Of a stretch of DNA of 29,267 nucleotides, positions 17,036 to 25,900 are shown one piece after another. Numbering within the stretch: the first letter of the stretch is position 1; each line of letters starts with the position of its first letter. The notes beneath the pieces are model-generated. The model was not told the origin of the DNA and ran no database searches. It worked only from the letters and a program-made list of their open reading frames with translations. Both the position numbers and the translations under genes were made by a program. Origin of the DNA: a virus (lineage: Duplodnaviria; Caudoviricetes); the IMG/VR virus record IMGVR_UViG_3300046817_000630, positions 1 to 29,267 of that record; one strand, written 5' to 3'.

Positions 17036-17062
17036 ATCAGTCTCCATTGTTTGAACACATGC

Positions 17063-17107
17063 AACATACACCTGTCCCCTGCATATGTCCAATCACATTT
17101 CCGTGAT
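17063..17107 (-). promoter_or_regulatory. Leftward promoter TGGACA-N17-TATGTT with ATCAC-N6-GTGAT site
   Basis: Near-consensus hexamers with 17-bp spacing; the palindrome abuts the -35. Confidence 0.65.
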
Positions 17108-17287
17108 TATTGTTTCATACAGATGATGATTGCAGGCTCACAGTCCCAAGCGGCTGCGCGTACCAGGGTACCGGCGCGTGAACGCGAGACCATCCATTTT
17201 CAAAACCTCGACCTGGGGGTGGGCCCCCCAATGGGGTGGCCGGCCGTGGCGCCCACCATCAACCTCAATTTTGTGTAACCAAACACT

Positions 17288-17346
17288 ATACGTATGGGCA
17301 TTTCAATCGGGTGTTTTGGGTGGGTGTCATACGTATGGGCGTTTCA
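17288..17346. repeat. 18-bp direct repeat with palindromic ATACGTAT core (putative operator)
   Basis: ATACGTATGGGC[A/G]TTTCA at 17288-17305 and 17329-17346. Confidence 0.8.
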
Positions 17347-17378
17347 TTAGTATTGTGGGCAATGTGTAATACCAGATG

Positions 17379-17407
17379 TTGACTTTCGGGTTTTTGCTTT
17401 GTAGCTT
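17379..17407 (+). promoter_or_regulatory. Rightward promoter TTGACT-N17-TAGCTT
   Basis: Located at the head of the + strand packaging/structural arm. Confidence 0.6.
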
Positions 17408-17424
17408 CGCACGGCGAAGCAGCA

Positions 17425-17637
17425 GTGAGCGGGTCCATCAAACAAAAGGAACCAGTTCGGCACGAAGCCAGCGCGCGGAATCGGCGCAAGGCCCTGCACA
17501 ATGCGGAGTGTTTGCTCGAAGAGGTGCTGTTTCTACAGAGCGAGGCAATTAAGCATCTGACTAATCTGAAGTATTTGGTTCATCGCGCCAATACATTGGT
17601 TAATCGGCTCAAGGGCGAAGTGATACAGGACAAATGA
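17425..17637 (+). CDS. Hypothetical protein
   Basis: First + strand ORF; ATGA-coupled downstream; start uncertain. Confidence 0.5.
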   Translation: MSGSIKQKEPVRHEASARNRRKALHNAECLLEEVLFLQSEAIKHLTNLKYLVHRANTLVNRLKGEVIQDK

Positions 17638-17786
17638 CCGAAGTTGAGATCCTACGCCAGGGCCTACAGGAGATCGCCAGCGCGCGTTTTGTCGGCGACC
17701 AAACCCCTGAGCAGTCCATTGCCTTTCTCCAGAGACGCGCCCAGGAAGCTCTGGATGCAGCTGAATTCGCAAAGACAACCAAATGA
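17634..17786 (+). CDS. 50-aa protein (not in ORF track)
   Basis: MTEVEILRQGLQEIASARFVGDQTPEQSIAFLQRRAQEALDAAEFAKTTK*; AGGA RBS; ATGA overlaps at both ends. Confidence 0.65.
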   Translation: MTEVEILRQGLQEIASARFVGDQTPEQSIAFLQRRAQEALDAAEFAKTTK

Positions 17787-18016
17787 TTGGGGAATGGCTC
17801 AGCAGGCGCACCTTCAAAGAGCGGCTTCTCGCGGAGCTAAAGCGATCCAATGACATCGCACAAGCCAACCAAAGCCGAACTGATAATCTGGGCGATTGCA
17901 GTTATTCCACTATTTATGTTGATGATGATCGCGTTCGGCTACGGGCTCGAACAACTCATGATGCAAGCCATCGAGACTCACCACTAAGAAGGCCTGGGGC
18001 CCCAAAATGGATATAG
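17783..18016 (+). CDS. Hypothetical protein
   Basis: ATGA coupling. Confidence 0.5.
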   Translation: MIGEWLSRRTFKERLLAELKRSNDIAQANQSRTDNLGDCSYSTIYVDDDRVRLRARTTHDASHRDSPLRRPGAPKWI

Positions 18017-18690
18017 GTATCCAGTTCAAGCCGCCTCCGGCACGGGGCCGCAAGAAAATGGTATTGAACGCGACCAAGACGCGCGATCTGACCGAAGCCG
18101 ATGTAGGAGCACTATGGGATGTACCAGAAGGCGGTCTCGAATCCGAAGCCAATCCAGTTCTTAAAATCCGAAACACTCATCATGCGCTTGCACGGCTACT
18201 CGCTGAGGGACGTAAGCAGGTCGAGGTGTCCGCAATTACAGGCTATTCCCCTTCTTACATCTCCACCATTCAACACGACCCTGCGTTCAAGAATCTTGTC
18301 TCGTATTATCGGGGCCAAGTAGAAGAACAGTTTACATCGGTTCACGAAAGGTTGGCGGCTCTCAGTATGTTATCGGCTGAAGAGCTTCAGGCCAGACTCA
18401 CAGAAAACCCTGAGGAATTCACCATCCGCGAACTCAATGATCTATTGACATTAGCTGCTGATCGAACGGGCTTTGGGCCCCAATCGCGCAATGTCAATGT
18501 GAATGTAAATGTTGACTTTGCATCCCGGCTCGAATCTGCGCGGCGGCGAGCCGGTATCGGGGCCTCAGATTCCTCCTCGGTTGCCCCGAATGGGCCGCAG
18601 CCAGGTCCCATGCTTGAGTTGCGGCCCAACAACTCACCAGAAACACTCATGAGGGAACTATCCACCCAGAATCTATTCGAGAAAGAATGA
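18007..18690 (+). CDS. HTH protein, putative terminase small subunit
   Basis: HHALARLLAEGRKQVEVSAITGYSPSYISTIQHDPAF HTH, helical middle, NVNVNVNV beta tail; upstream of TerL. Confidence 0.65.
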   Translation: MDIGIQFKPPPARGRKKMVLNATKTRDLTEADVGALWDVPEGGLESEANPVLKIRNTHHALARLLAEGRKQVEVSAITGYSPSYISTIQHDPAFKNLVSYYRGQVEEQFTSVHERLAALSMLSAEELQARLTENPEEFTIRELNDLLTLAADRTGFGPQSRNVNVNVNVDFASRLESARRRAGIGASDSSSVAPNGPQPGPMLELRPNNSPETLMRELSTQNLFEKE

Positions 18691-19100
18691 TGCTGCGGTG
18701 GTCAGGCTGCAGGCACGCACAAATCGTCCATGAACTCAAACAACTGAGGGAACAAATGGCTGTAGATTTTCAAAAACTCCGCGATCAACTGGCCAAGAAT
18801 ACCGATGTGATTGGCTCGGCCAAAGCCCTGCTTCAGAAGCTGCTGGCTGAGGTTGAGACCATCGCTACGACGGCTGATGCTGCCACCCAGAGCGCGCTCA
18901 ATGATCTCACCACCCAATTCACTGCCCAGACCGATGATCTGGCCACGGCAGTTGCTGAGGGAACGGCCTCTGATCCTGGTGGCGTTCCAGCGGCTCCTGT
19001 GAGCCCACCGGCTGCGCCGTTCGCGCCCAAGGCCCCAGCACCCTCGCCCGAGCCAAACGATCCCTTGGCCAGCCCAACGACCACAGACCGATCCCTCTAG
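18687..19100 (+). CDS. Hypothetical coiled-coil protein with Pro-rich tail
   Basis: ATGA overlap; alternative start at MAVDFQK. Confidence 0.65.
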   Translation: MMLRWSGCRHAQIVHELKQLREQMAVDFQKLRDQLAKNTDVIGSAKALLQKLLAEVETIATTADAATQSALNDLTTQFTAQTDDLATAVAEGTASDPGGVPAAPVSPPAAPFAPKAPAPSPEPNDPLASPTTTDRSL

Positions 19101-19136
19101 TGTTCAGAGCAGGCGATCCAATGTGGGCGGTTCAAC

Positions 19137-20639
19137 GTGTCTGACGAACAGGCATCCCTCATAGAGGACCTCGCACGGCTCAGTGCGGACCCCTACAAAT
19201 TTGTGCTCTGGGCCTTCCCCTGGGGCGAGCCCACAACCGAACTCGAAACCAAACTAGGCCCCGAACCATGGCAAGAATCACTCCTCAAAAAGATCCGGGA
19301 CGGGCTTCTGAGCCCAACCCAGGCTATCCAAATTGCCGTAGCTTCAGGTCACGGGATTGGCAAATCTGCATTTGTCGCCTGGATTCTCCTCTGGGGAATC
19401 TCAACCTACGAGGACGCGCGTGGGGTTGTAACCGCAAACACCGAAAATCAGCTCAAAACTAAAACCTGGGTAGAATTGAACAAATGGCATCGATTATTCA
19501 TAGCAAAGAGTCTATTCGAGGTAACAGCTACTAAACTGTGTTCGAGGGACCCCGCTCATGCTGACACTTGGCGAATTGATATCGTTCCTTGGTCCGAGCG
19601 AAATACCGAAGCTTTTGCAGGAATGCACAACAAAGGTAAACGGATCATCGTGGTCTTCGATGAAGGTTCTGCGATTCCAGATATCATCTTCGAGACTACA
19701 GAAGGTGCACTTACTGATTCCGACACACAAATCATCTGGCTCATCTGTGGAAACCCTACTCGTAACACAGGTCGATTCAAAGAATGCTTCCCCGGCGGCA
19801 AATTCGCCCACCGCTGGCAATCCATCCAAGTAGATTCCAGAGATGTTTCCATCACCAACAAGGGCCAGATCGACAGATGGATCAAAGACTATGGAGAAGA
19901 TTCCGATTTTGTCAGAATTCGCGTTCGAGGGGTGTTTCCAAGAGCGGGTTCATTGCAATTCATCCCCTCCAACATCGTCGACGAAGCTGCACAACGGGAA
20001 CTATATGTACACCTTCATGACCCCTTCATCATTGGGGTTGATGTCGCTCGGTTTGGTGACGACGCATCTGTTATCTACTTCCGAAAAGGTCGAGATGGCC
20101 GATCGATTTCTCCTATCGTGTTGCGGGGCGTCGATACAATGACCCTGGCGGGCAAAGTCAGTCAGGTTTATTTGCAATACCGGGCCGATGCAGTCTTTGT
20201 GGACGGCGGTGGTGTCGGAGGCGGCGTAGTCGATAGATTGCGCCAGCTACAATGCCCGGTCTGGGATATTCAGTTTGGTGGCAAATCAGATCAACTCCGA
20301 ACCGAAGGTGATGGCACCATCTATGCCAACAAACGCGCCGAAATGTGGGGCGCGGGCAAAGAATGGCTCAGAGCAGGCGGCTGTATTCCAAATGACCAAC
20401 AATTCAAACAAGAACTGATCGGGCCCGAGTACGGCTTCAATGGTAGGAACGAGATTCAACTCGAACGCAAAGAGGATATGAAGAAAAGAGGCTTATCGAG
20501 CCCAGATATTGCCGATGCCTTCATGTTGACCTTTGCCTACCCAGTCATTCCCCACTCTCTAGCTGGTCGTGAAGGAATCCAAGAGCCCAGATTCGAGTCT
20601 GAGTATAATCCATTCGACAAAGCACTGGAGACGGTGTAA
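19137..20639 (+). CDS. terL: Terminase large subunit
   Basis: Walker A SGHGIGKS, Walker B VVFDEG, GNP coupling motif, nuclease motifs GVDVARFGDD and SPDIADA. Confidence 0.95.
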   Translation: MSDEQASLIEDLARLSADPYKFVLWAFPWGEPTTELETKLGPEPWQESLLKKIRDGLLSPTQAIQIAVASGHGIGKSAFVAWILLWGISTYEDARGVVTANTENQLKTKTWVELNKWHRLFIAKSLFEVTATKLCSRDPAHADTWRIDIVPWSERNTEAFAGMHNKGKRIIVVFDEGSAIPDIIFETTEGALTDSDTQIIWLICGNPTRNTGRFKECFPGGKFAHRWQSIQVDSRDVSITNKGQIDRWIKDYGEDSDFVRIRVRGVFPRAGSLQFIPSNIVDEAAQRELYVHLHDPFIIGVDVARFGDDASVIYFRKGRDGRSISPIVLRGVDTMTLAGKVSQVYLQYRADAVFVDGGGVGGGVVDRLRQLQCPVWDIQFGGKSDQLRTEGDGTIYANKRAEMWGAGKEWLRAGGCIPNDQQFKQELIGPEYGFNGRNEIQLERKEDMKKRGLSSPDIADAFMLTFAYPVIPHSLAGREGIQEPRFESEYNPFDKALETV

Positions 20640-20821
20640 TGCCAAGTACATCCGCGAAGCAGGCACATTTTATGGCGGCTGTGGCTCACAACGCGGCATT
20701 TGCGAAGAAGGCCGGAGTTCCACAATCAGTTGGCAAGGAATTTAACAACGCCGACCAACGTAAGAAGAAAAAGAAATCAACCAAGGATGTGTTCTATCCC
20801 AAATCAAAAATGAATGACTGA
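20639..20821 (+). CDS. Small basic phage protein
   Basis: GGAG RBS; MPSTSAKQAHFMAAVAHN...GVPQSVGKEF. Confidence 0.75.
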   Translation: MPSTSAKQAHFMAAVAHNAAFAKKAGVPQSVGKEFNNADQRKKKKKSTKDVFYPKSKMND

Positions 20822-21041
20822 TATGAGCATCTTTAATCAGCCAGCTACTCAGAGTGCCTATGGCGGAGCCCCCACACCGCCAAGCGTCCCATCAACTCCA
20901 AGTCCACCCTCGTTCGGGACATCTCTCATTAACAAGGCCTCTGCACCCCAATCGTACGGCTTCGCCCAATCAATCCTCACATCCGCCCAGGGCGATCTCA
21001 AGCCACTATCCACAGCCAAGAAAAGCCTGCTAGGCCAATGA
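20814..21041 (+). CDS. Small Pro/Ser-rich virion-associated protein preceding the portal
   Basis: ILTSAQG...KKSLLGQ ending is typical of pre-portal genes in this type of head module. Confidence 0.65.
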   Translation: MTDMSIFNQPATQSAYGGAPTPPSVPSTPSPPSFGTSLINKASAPQSYGFAQSILTSAQGDLKPLSTAKKSLLGQ

Positions 21042-22708
21042 GTTCACAATTTCCATTGAGAGAGCAATTGGAAGGCAGACTGGCCGGTCTGCGCACGGAG
21101 CGATACTCATGGTGGACCCATTGGGCAGAGTTGGCCAGATTCATTCTCCCTCGTCGCTACCGATGGCTGATCACACCCAACCAGATGAATCGGGGTGCCA
21201 TGATCAATGGTGCCATAATCGATTCTACTGGTACGATCGCTGCTCGTGTGCTGGCATCTGGCATGATGAGCGGGATTACATCCCCTACACGACCCTGGTT
21301 TAATTTGACGCTCGAAGGGTATGACAAAGACGAAGTTAACTCGGTCAATATCTGGCTAACTGAGTGTCGCCGCCGCATGATGCGGGTTTTTCAAGAATCA
21401 AACTTTTATAACTGCATTGCGGTCTGCTATGCCGATCTGGCCGTCTTTGGAACGGCCCCAATGCTCATCTATGAGGACTTCGAAAATGTAATCTGGTGCT
21501 GCAACCCGTGCGCGGGCGAATACTACTGCGGCAACGACCAATATGGCATGGCCCATATCTTCTATCGCGAAATAACCCGAACCGTCTCACAGATGATAGA
21601 AGAGTGGCCGGGTAAGGTCTCACAGAGCGTCGAGAATCTGGCCAAGATGGGCGGAACGGGACTGGTCAAGGAAATCATTGTTTGCCATGCCATCCAGGCC
21701 AATGATGGCCAAGGTGGGATCAACAAAAAGTTCCCATGGGCAGAGTTCTATTGGGAGCGAGGTTCACCAACTGAGCAGGAGTTCCTCTCAAAGCGAGGCT
21801 TCCATGAGTGGCCCGGTATTGTACCGCGCTGGGATATATCGGGAAATGATGCGTACGGGCGGGGCCCAGGCATGGACGCGCTCGGGGATATCAAGCAATT
21901 ACAACAAGAAACGCGTCGAAAGGCCCAAGCCATCGATAAGCTGGCGAATCCTCCAATGGTTGCCGATGTGGAGCTTAAAAATGCTCCAGCATCAACTCTC
22001 CCCGGTGGCGTTACTTATATTTCTCGCAAAGATGGAGCGGGTTTCAAGCCAGCATATGAAAACTTCAGACCGCCGATCCAGGAGTTGATGGCCGACATTG
22101 CAGAGGTCCAGAAACGGATCAAGGGGATATTTTTCAACGACTTATTCCTGATGTTTCAAGAACTGCAGGCAGAACCTCGCTCGGCGGCTGCGGTTGATGC
22201 ACGGCGTGAGGAAAAGCTGGTAATGCTCGGGCCCGTCCTCGAACGCTTCCAGACCGAAGCTCTTGACCCCGCCATTGACCGCCTGTTCGGCATTATGATG
22301 CGAGGTGGTCTACTGCCCCCGGCTCCGCCAGAGATTCACGGCAAGCCCATCCAAGTCGAATACTCATCCATGTTGGCGGCAGCCCAGAGCGCAGCCAGTA
22401 CAGCTGCCATAGAACGTGTATTCCAACTCGTTGGCAACCTCGCAGCAATCCATCCAGAAGCCCTAGATGTCCCCAACTGGGACGCAAGTATTCAAGAGTA
22501 TAGTTCATTACTTGGCAATGATCCCAAGCTAATGAACACGCCAGAAGTCATTGCTGCCATGCGCGCCCAGAAGGCCCAAGCACAGAAGTTGCAATATCTG
22601 ACCGATGTTGGCCAGGGCGCAGCCAAGGCAGGCAAGACACTATCCGAGACTGATCTTGGCGGTGGCCAAAATGCATTGCAAGCTATGATCGGCGGAGCCC
22701 AACAATGA
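21038..22708 (+). CDS. Portal / head-tail connector (T7 gp8/BPP-1 type)
   Basis: IIDSTG...LASGMMSGITSPTRPWF, SNFY, FGTA, PRW...YGRGPGM, EEKLVMLGPVLER. Confidence 0.93.
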   Translation: MSSQFPLREQLEGRLAGLRTERYSWWTHWAELARFILPRRYRWLITPNQMNRGAMINGAIIDSTGTIAARVLASGMMSGITSPTRPWFNLTLEGYDKDEVNSVNIWLTECRRRMMRVFQESNFYNCIAVCYADLAVFGTAPMLIYEDFENVIWCCNPCAGEYYCGNDQYGMAHIFYREITRTVSQMIEEWPGKVSQSVENLAKMGGTGLVKEIIVCHAIQANDGQGGINKKFPWAEFYWERGSPTEQEFLSKRGFHEWPGIVPRWDISGNDAYGRGPGMDALGDIKQLQQETRRKAQAIDKLANPPMVADVELKNAPASTLPGGVTYISRKDGAGFKPAYENFRPPIQELMADIAEVQKRIKGIFFNDLFLMFQELQAEPRSAAAVDARREEKLVMLGPVLERFQTEALDPAIDRLFGIMMRGGLLPPAPPEIHGKPIQVEYSSMLAAAQSAASTAAIERVFQLVGNLAAIHPEALDVPNWDASIQEYSSLLGNDPKLMNTPEVIAAMRAQKAQAQKLQYLTDVGQGAAKAGKTLSETDLGGGQNALQAMIGGAQQ

Positions 22709-23358
22709 CCGATGTAATCCCCATCAAAAAAGAATGGCCCTTCATCTGTCTGGGTGTCCCCTGTGGCTCCATGTGCCACAGCGAATTCATGCAATCAATC
22801 TGGGCCATTGGCCGTCAATACCCTGGCAAACAGGGCCTCATCAAAGGTCACTCCTCCATCATTGTGAATGCCCGAAATCAAATCATTGAAGCCGCCCAAA
22901 TGTTAAAACCCGACTATATCTTGTTCCTCGACTCTGATATGACCTTCCCCCAAGACACACCAAAGCGGCTCCTGGCCCATGGGAAAGACATTGTGTGTGC
23001 TACTTACGTGCGCCGTGGTCCTCCCTTTGATTTACTGGGTCATAGCTCAACTCCTGATATTCGAACTGGTTTGGTCGAGATGACGCACATTCCAACGGGA
23101 TGTTTATTGGTAAAGACATCTGTTTTTGAGTGTTTAAAGAAGCCCTACTTCAGACTGGAGCCAGATGAAGAGGTTGGAATTACACATGGAGAGGATTTCA
23201 TCTTCACCCGCATGATGCTGGCGCATGGGCATTCGGTTTGGTGCGATCTCGATCTCTCAGAGGAGATTGGGCATATGGTTCAGTATGAATTGAAGCCAGC
23301 AGACGCTAGGCGCATGGCAGAGGCTAATGCTCCTGAAAAGGCCATTGTAAATGGCTGA
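22705..23358 (+). CDS. GT-A fold (GT2-like) glycosyltransferase
   Basis: ARNQI, LFLDSD (DxD), TGCLLVK, GEDFIF, terminal GH. Confidence 0.8.
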   Translation: MTDVIPIKKEWPFICLGVPCGSMCHSEFMQSIWAIGRQYPGKQGLIKGHSSIIVNARNQIIEAAQMLKPDYILFLDSDMTFPQDTPKRLLAHGKDIVCATYVRRGPPFDLLGHSSTPDIRTGLVEMTHIPTGCLLVKTSVFECLKKPYFRLEPDEEVGITHGEDFIFTRMMLAHGHSVWCDLDLSEEIGHMVQYELKPADARRMAEANAPEKAIVNG

Positions 23359-23659
23359 TGAAGTTGAAATCGATGTATCGGACCCGAAGCAGGTCGAACG
23401 CAGACGCAAAGACACCAGACAGGCCGCACTTGAGCGCAACGAAACGATCAAAAATGTGATGCAAATTCAGGGCTTTCGCAAATGGATGTACGAGATCTTA
23501 TTGAGCGCCCGCATTGGATCCAATCCCTTTTCGAGCGATGCACTTTTGATGGCGCACTCGTGCGGGGAAATGAATGTTGGGTTGCAGCTGAGATCGGCGA
23601 TCGAATCGGCCGCGCCAGAACTCTATCTTCAGATGATGAGGGAAAATAACCATGGCTGA
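23351..23659 (+). CDS. Bbp19-like protein
   Basis: VMQIQGFRKWMYEIL...GEMNVGL...PELYLQMMREN; lies between portal and scaffold. Confidence 0.7.
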   Translation: MADEVEIDVSDPKQVERRRKDTRQAALERNETIKNVMQIQGFRKWMYEILLSARIGSNPFSSDALLMAHSCGEMNVGLQLRSAIESAAPELYLQMMRENNHG

Positions 23660-24305
23660 TGAACCAGTTGCAGTAGCTGCAACACCAGCTCCAGTTCCAC
23701 CCGTACAGGCACAACCGGCTCCTACGCCTGCACCAGCAACCTCAGATCCGGTCCCCGTTGGCGACGCCAAACCAACCATCGCCAGCGAAAAGGCTGAGTC
23801 CAAGACTGAGGCTGCTGCTCTTTTTGATCCCAAGACATACAAAGCACCAGAGGGGGCTTCAGTTGATGAAAAAACTCTGAGTGACTACGCCGCGATTGTG
23901 AATGATGACAAACTGTCTCCTTCTGAACGCGGAACCAAGATGCTCGACCTCTACAACTCGGCCATGAAAACGGTAGGCGAGTCCTATACCAAAGCCTGGA
24001 CCGACACTAACGAGAAGTGGGTCAATGAGGTGAAAGCCGATCCTGAGATCGGCGGATCCAAGTTTGAACCCACAAAACAGATGATATCGAAGGCGATTGA
24101 CACAATGGGGCCCACAGTGGCTTCGGCGTTCCGCCAATCACTCGATATTACTGGTGTTGGAAACAATCCAGCTTTCATCAGGGGTCTAGCCGTGATGGCT
24201 AAGGCTCTGACTGAGGGAAGCCACGTTGCGGGCGGGCCTCCCAGCGGCAAGGAAAAATCCGTCGCTGAGATCTTCTACCCGTCCATGAATCAAAAGGACT
24301 CATGA
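23652..24305 (+). CDS. Capsid scaffolding protein
   Basis: Pro/Ala-rich N-terminus, ADPEIGG, GVGNNP, C-terminal AEIFYP; immediately precedes the MCP. Confidence 0.75.
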   Translation: MADEPVAVAATPAPVPPVQAQPAPTPAPATSDPVPVGDAKPTIASEKAESKTEAAALFDPKTYKAPEGASVDEKTLSDYAAIVNDDKLSPSERGTKMLDLYNSAMKTVGESYTKAWTDTNEKWVNEVKADPEIGGSKFEPTKQMISKAIDTMGPTVASAFRQSLDITGVGNNPAFIRGLAVMAKALTEGSHVAGGPPSGKEKSVAEIFYPSMNQKDS

Positions 24306-24306
24306 T

Positions 24307-25374
24307 ATGGCCGTACTAGGCACGGGCGCGCTCACCTACGCCGATTGGGCGAAGCGCGTTGATGATGAAAATGGGCAGATGAAGATTGCCAGGATCGTAG
24401 AGATTCTGTCACAATCAAACGAAATCCTCTTGGACATGCTCGCAATCCAGGGGAATCTCGTTACAGGCCACAAGACCACCATTCGAACTGGCTTGCCCAC
24501 GGCAACTTGGCGCTTGCTCAACTATGGTATCGTTCCTACGAAGAGCACCACGGCTCAGATTGTCGATACGTGTGGCAATCTGGAAGCCGAATCTCAGCTC
24601 GATGTTGATGTTGCCAAACTCAATGGTGACTCAGCAGAGTTCAGACTCTCGGAGAGCCGTGCGTTCCTCGAAGGTATGAACCAACAGATGGCCTCAACCC
24701 TCATCTATGGCAGTACAGCAGTCAACCCAGAGCGGTTCACAGGCCTCGCTCCTCGATACAACACCGTGACCACAACCTCTGCCCTGACTGCCTACAATGT
24801 GATCGATGCTCAGGGCGTTGGCGCTGACAACACCTCGATCTGGGTTGTCACCTGGGGCGCGGACACAACCACATGCATCTTCCCCAAGGGTTCGAATGCG
24901 GGCCTCCAACACACCGACATGGGCAAACAACGTGTCCAAGACGTAACCCAGACCTTCGCCACCGGTGCCTACTTCTGGGCCTGGGTGGATCACTTCAAAT
25001 GGGAACTTGGCATGTGCGTCAGAGACTGGCGCTACAATGTTCGCATTTGCAATATTGACGTCTCGGATCTGTCGACTGTGAATGCGGCCAACATCATCAA
25101 TGCTCTGATTCGGGCCTTCAATAGACTCCCTACGACGAGCCCAATGCAAACGACGACCCAAACCTCTGATGCACCCTCGATCCAGGGTGCGATGGGCCGA
25201 ACGGTCATCTACTGCAACCGCACTGTGAAGACCTTCCTCCATCTACAGGCTGTGAACAAAACCAACGTCTTGCTTCAAATTGAGCAATTTGCTGGTCGTC
25301 CCGTGACTACCTTCCTTGGGATCCCGATCCGCACGGTTGATGCTATCACCAACGCCGAAGCACGGGTGACTTGA
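24307..25374 (+). CDS. Major capsid protein (Bbp17-like, HK97 fold)
   Basis: LTYADWAKR, TTIRTGLP, FTGLAPRY, VRDWRY, FLGIPIR...EARV. Confidence 0.92.
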   Translation: MAVLGTGALTYADWAKRVDDENGQMKIARIVEILSQSNEILLDMLAIQGNLVTGHKTTIRTGLPTATWRLLNYGIVPTKSTTAQIVDTCGNLEAESQLDVDVAKLNGDSAEFRLSESRAFLEGMNQQMASTLIYGSTAVNPERFTGLAPRYNTVTTTSALTAYNVIDAQGVGADNTSIWVVTWGADTTTCIFPKGSNAGLQHTDMGKQRVQDVTQTFATGAYFWAWVDHFKWELGMCVRDWRYNVRICNIDVSDLSTVNAANIINALIRAFNRLPTTSPMQTTTQTSDAPSIQGAMGRTVIYCNRTVKTFLHLQAVNKTNVLLQIEQFAGRPVTTFLGIPIRTVDAITNAEARVT

Positions 25375-25423
25375 TGAATAGACATCAGCCTATGAGTGAA
25401 ACCCAAACCAAGGAACATACATC

Positions 25424-25888
25424 ATGATCATGGACGGACTCCTTCTGTTCTCGTCGGCTCAAAACCTGACCACGGGAACCATCGCAAGCACAAACGTGAT
25501 TGACTTGCTCAATGCGCGCAACATGGGCGTTGGTGATGACCCGGCATTGAAGATTGCCTGCTTCATCACAACGGCCTTCACGACAACGGACTCTGGAACT
25601 CTGACAATCCAGGCTCAGGGCTCGACCGACAATTCAACATATACGGTATATGCTGAATCAAGGGCCTATGCTGCTGCTGAGCTGGTCGTGAATGCCAAGC
25701 TGTTCCCGATCGATTGGCCTGCCAACGGCCTCTGGAATAGCCTTGGTAATGATCCCCAGCCTCGCTATCTGCGCCTCGCCTACGTAATGGGCTCGCTGCA
25801 CTTCACGCCCGGTGCAGTAACCTCTGCACTCGTTCTCGACCGTCAGGACTCGATCAACTATCCTGCCGGTATCTACATCACCAACTAA
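25424..25888 (+). CDS. Bbp16-like capsid cement/decoration protein
   Basis: MIMDGLLLFS...STNVIDL...RYLRLAY; directly after the MCP. Confidence 0.8.
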   Translation: MIMDGLLLFSSAQNLTTGTIASTNVIDLLNARNMGVGDDPALKIACFITTAFTTTDSGTLTIQAQGSTDNSTYTVYAESRAYAAAELVVNAKLFPIDWPANGLWNSLGNDPQPRYLRLAYVMGSLHFTPGAVTSALVLDRQDSINYPAGIYITN

Positions 25889-25900
25889 GGAACAGAACCC

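Noticed and set aside
17288-17346. Mini CRISPR array
   Set aside because: Only two 18-bp copies with a 23-bp gap; better explained as operators.
18660-18690. QNLF/NLF/DLF endings as beta-clamp-binding motifs
   Set aside because: Spacing does not match QL[SD]LF, and the motifs are too short to support.
24694-25242. 182-aa antisense ORF inside the MCP, and similar shadow ORFs elsewhere
   Set aside because: Reverse-frame shadows of well-supported genes, with no motifs or RBS.
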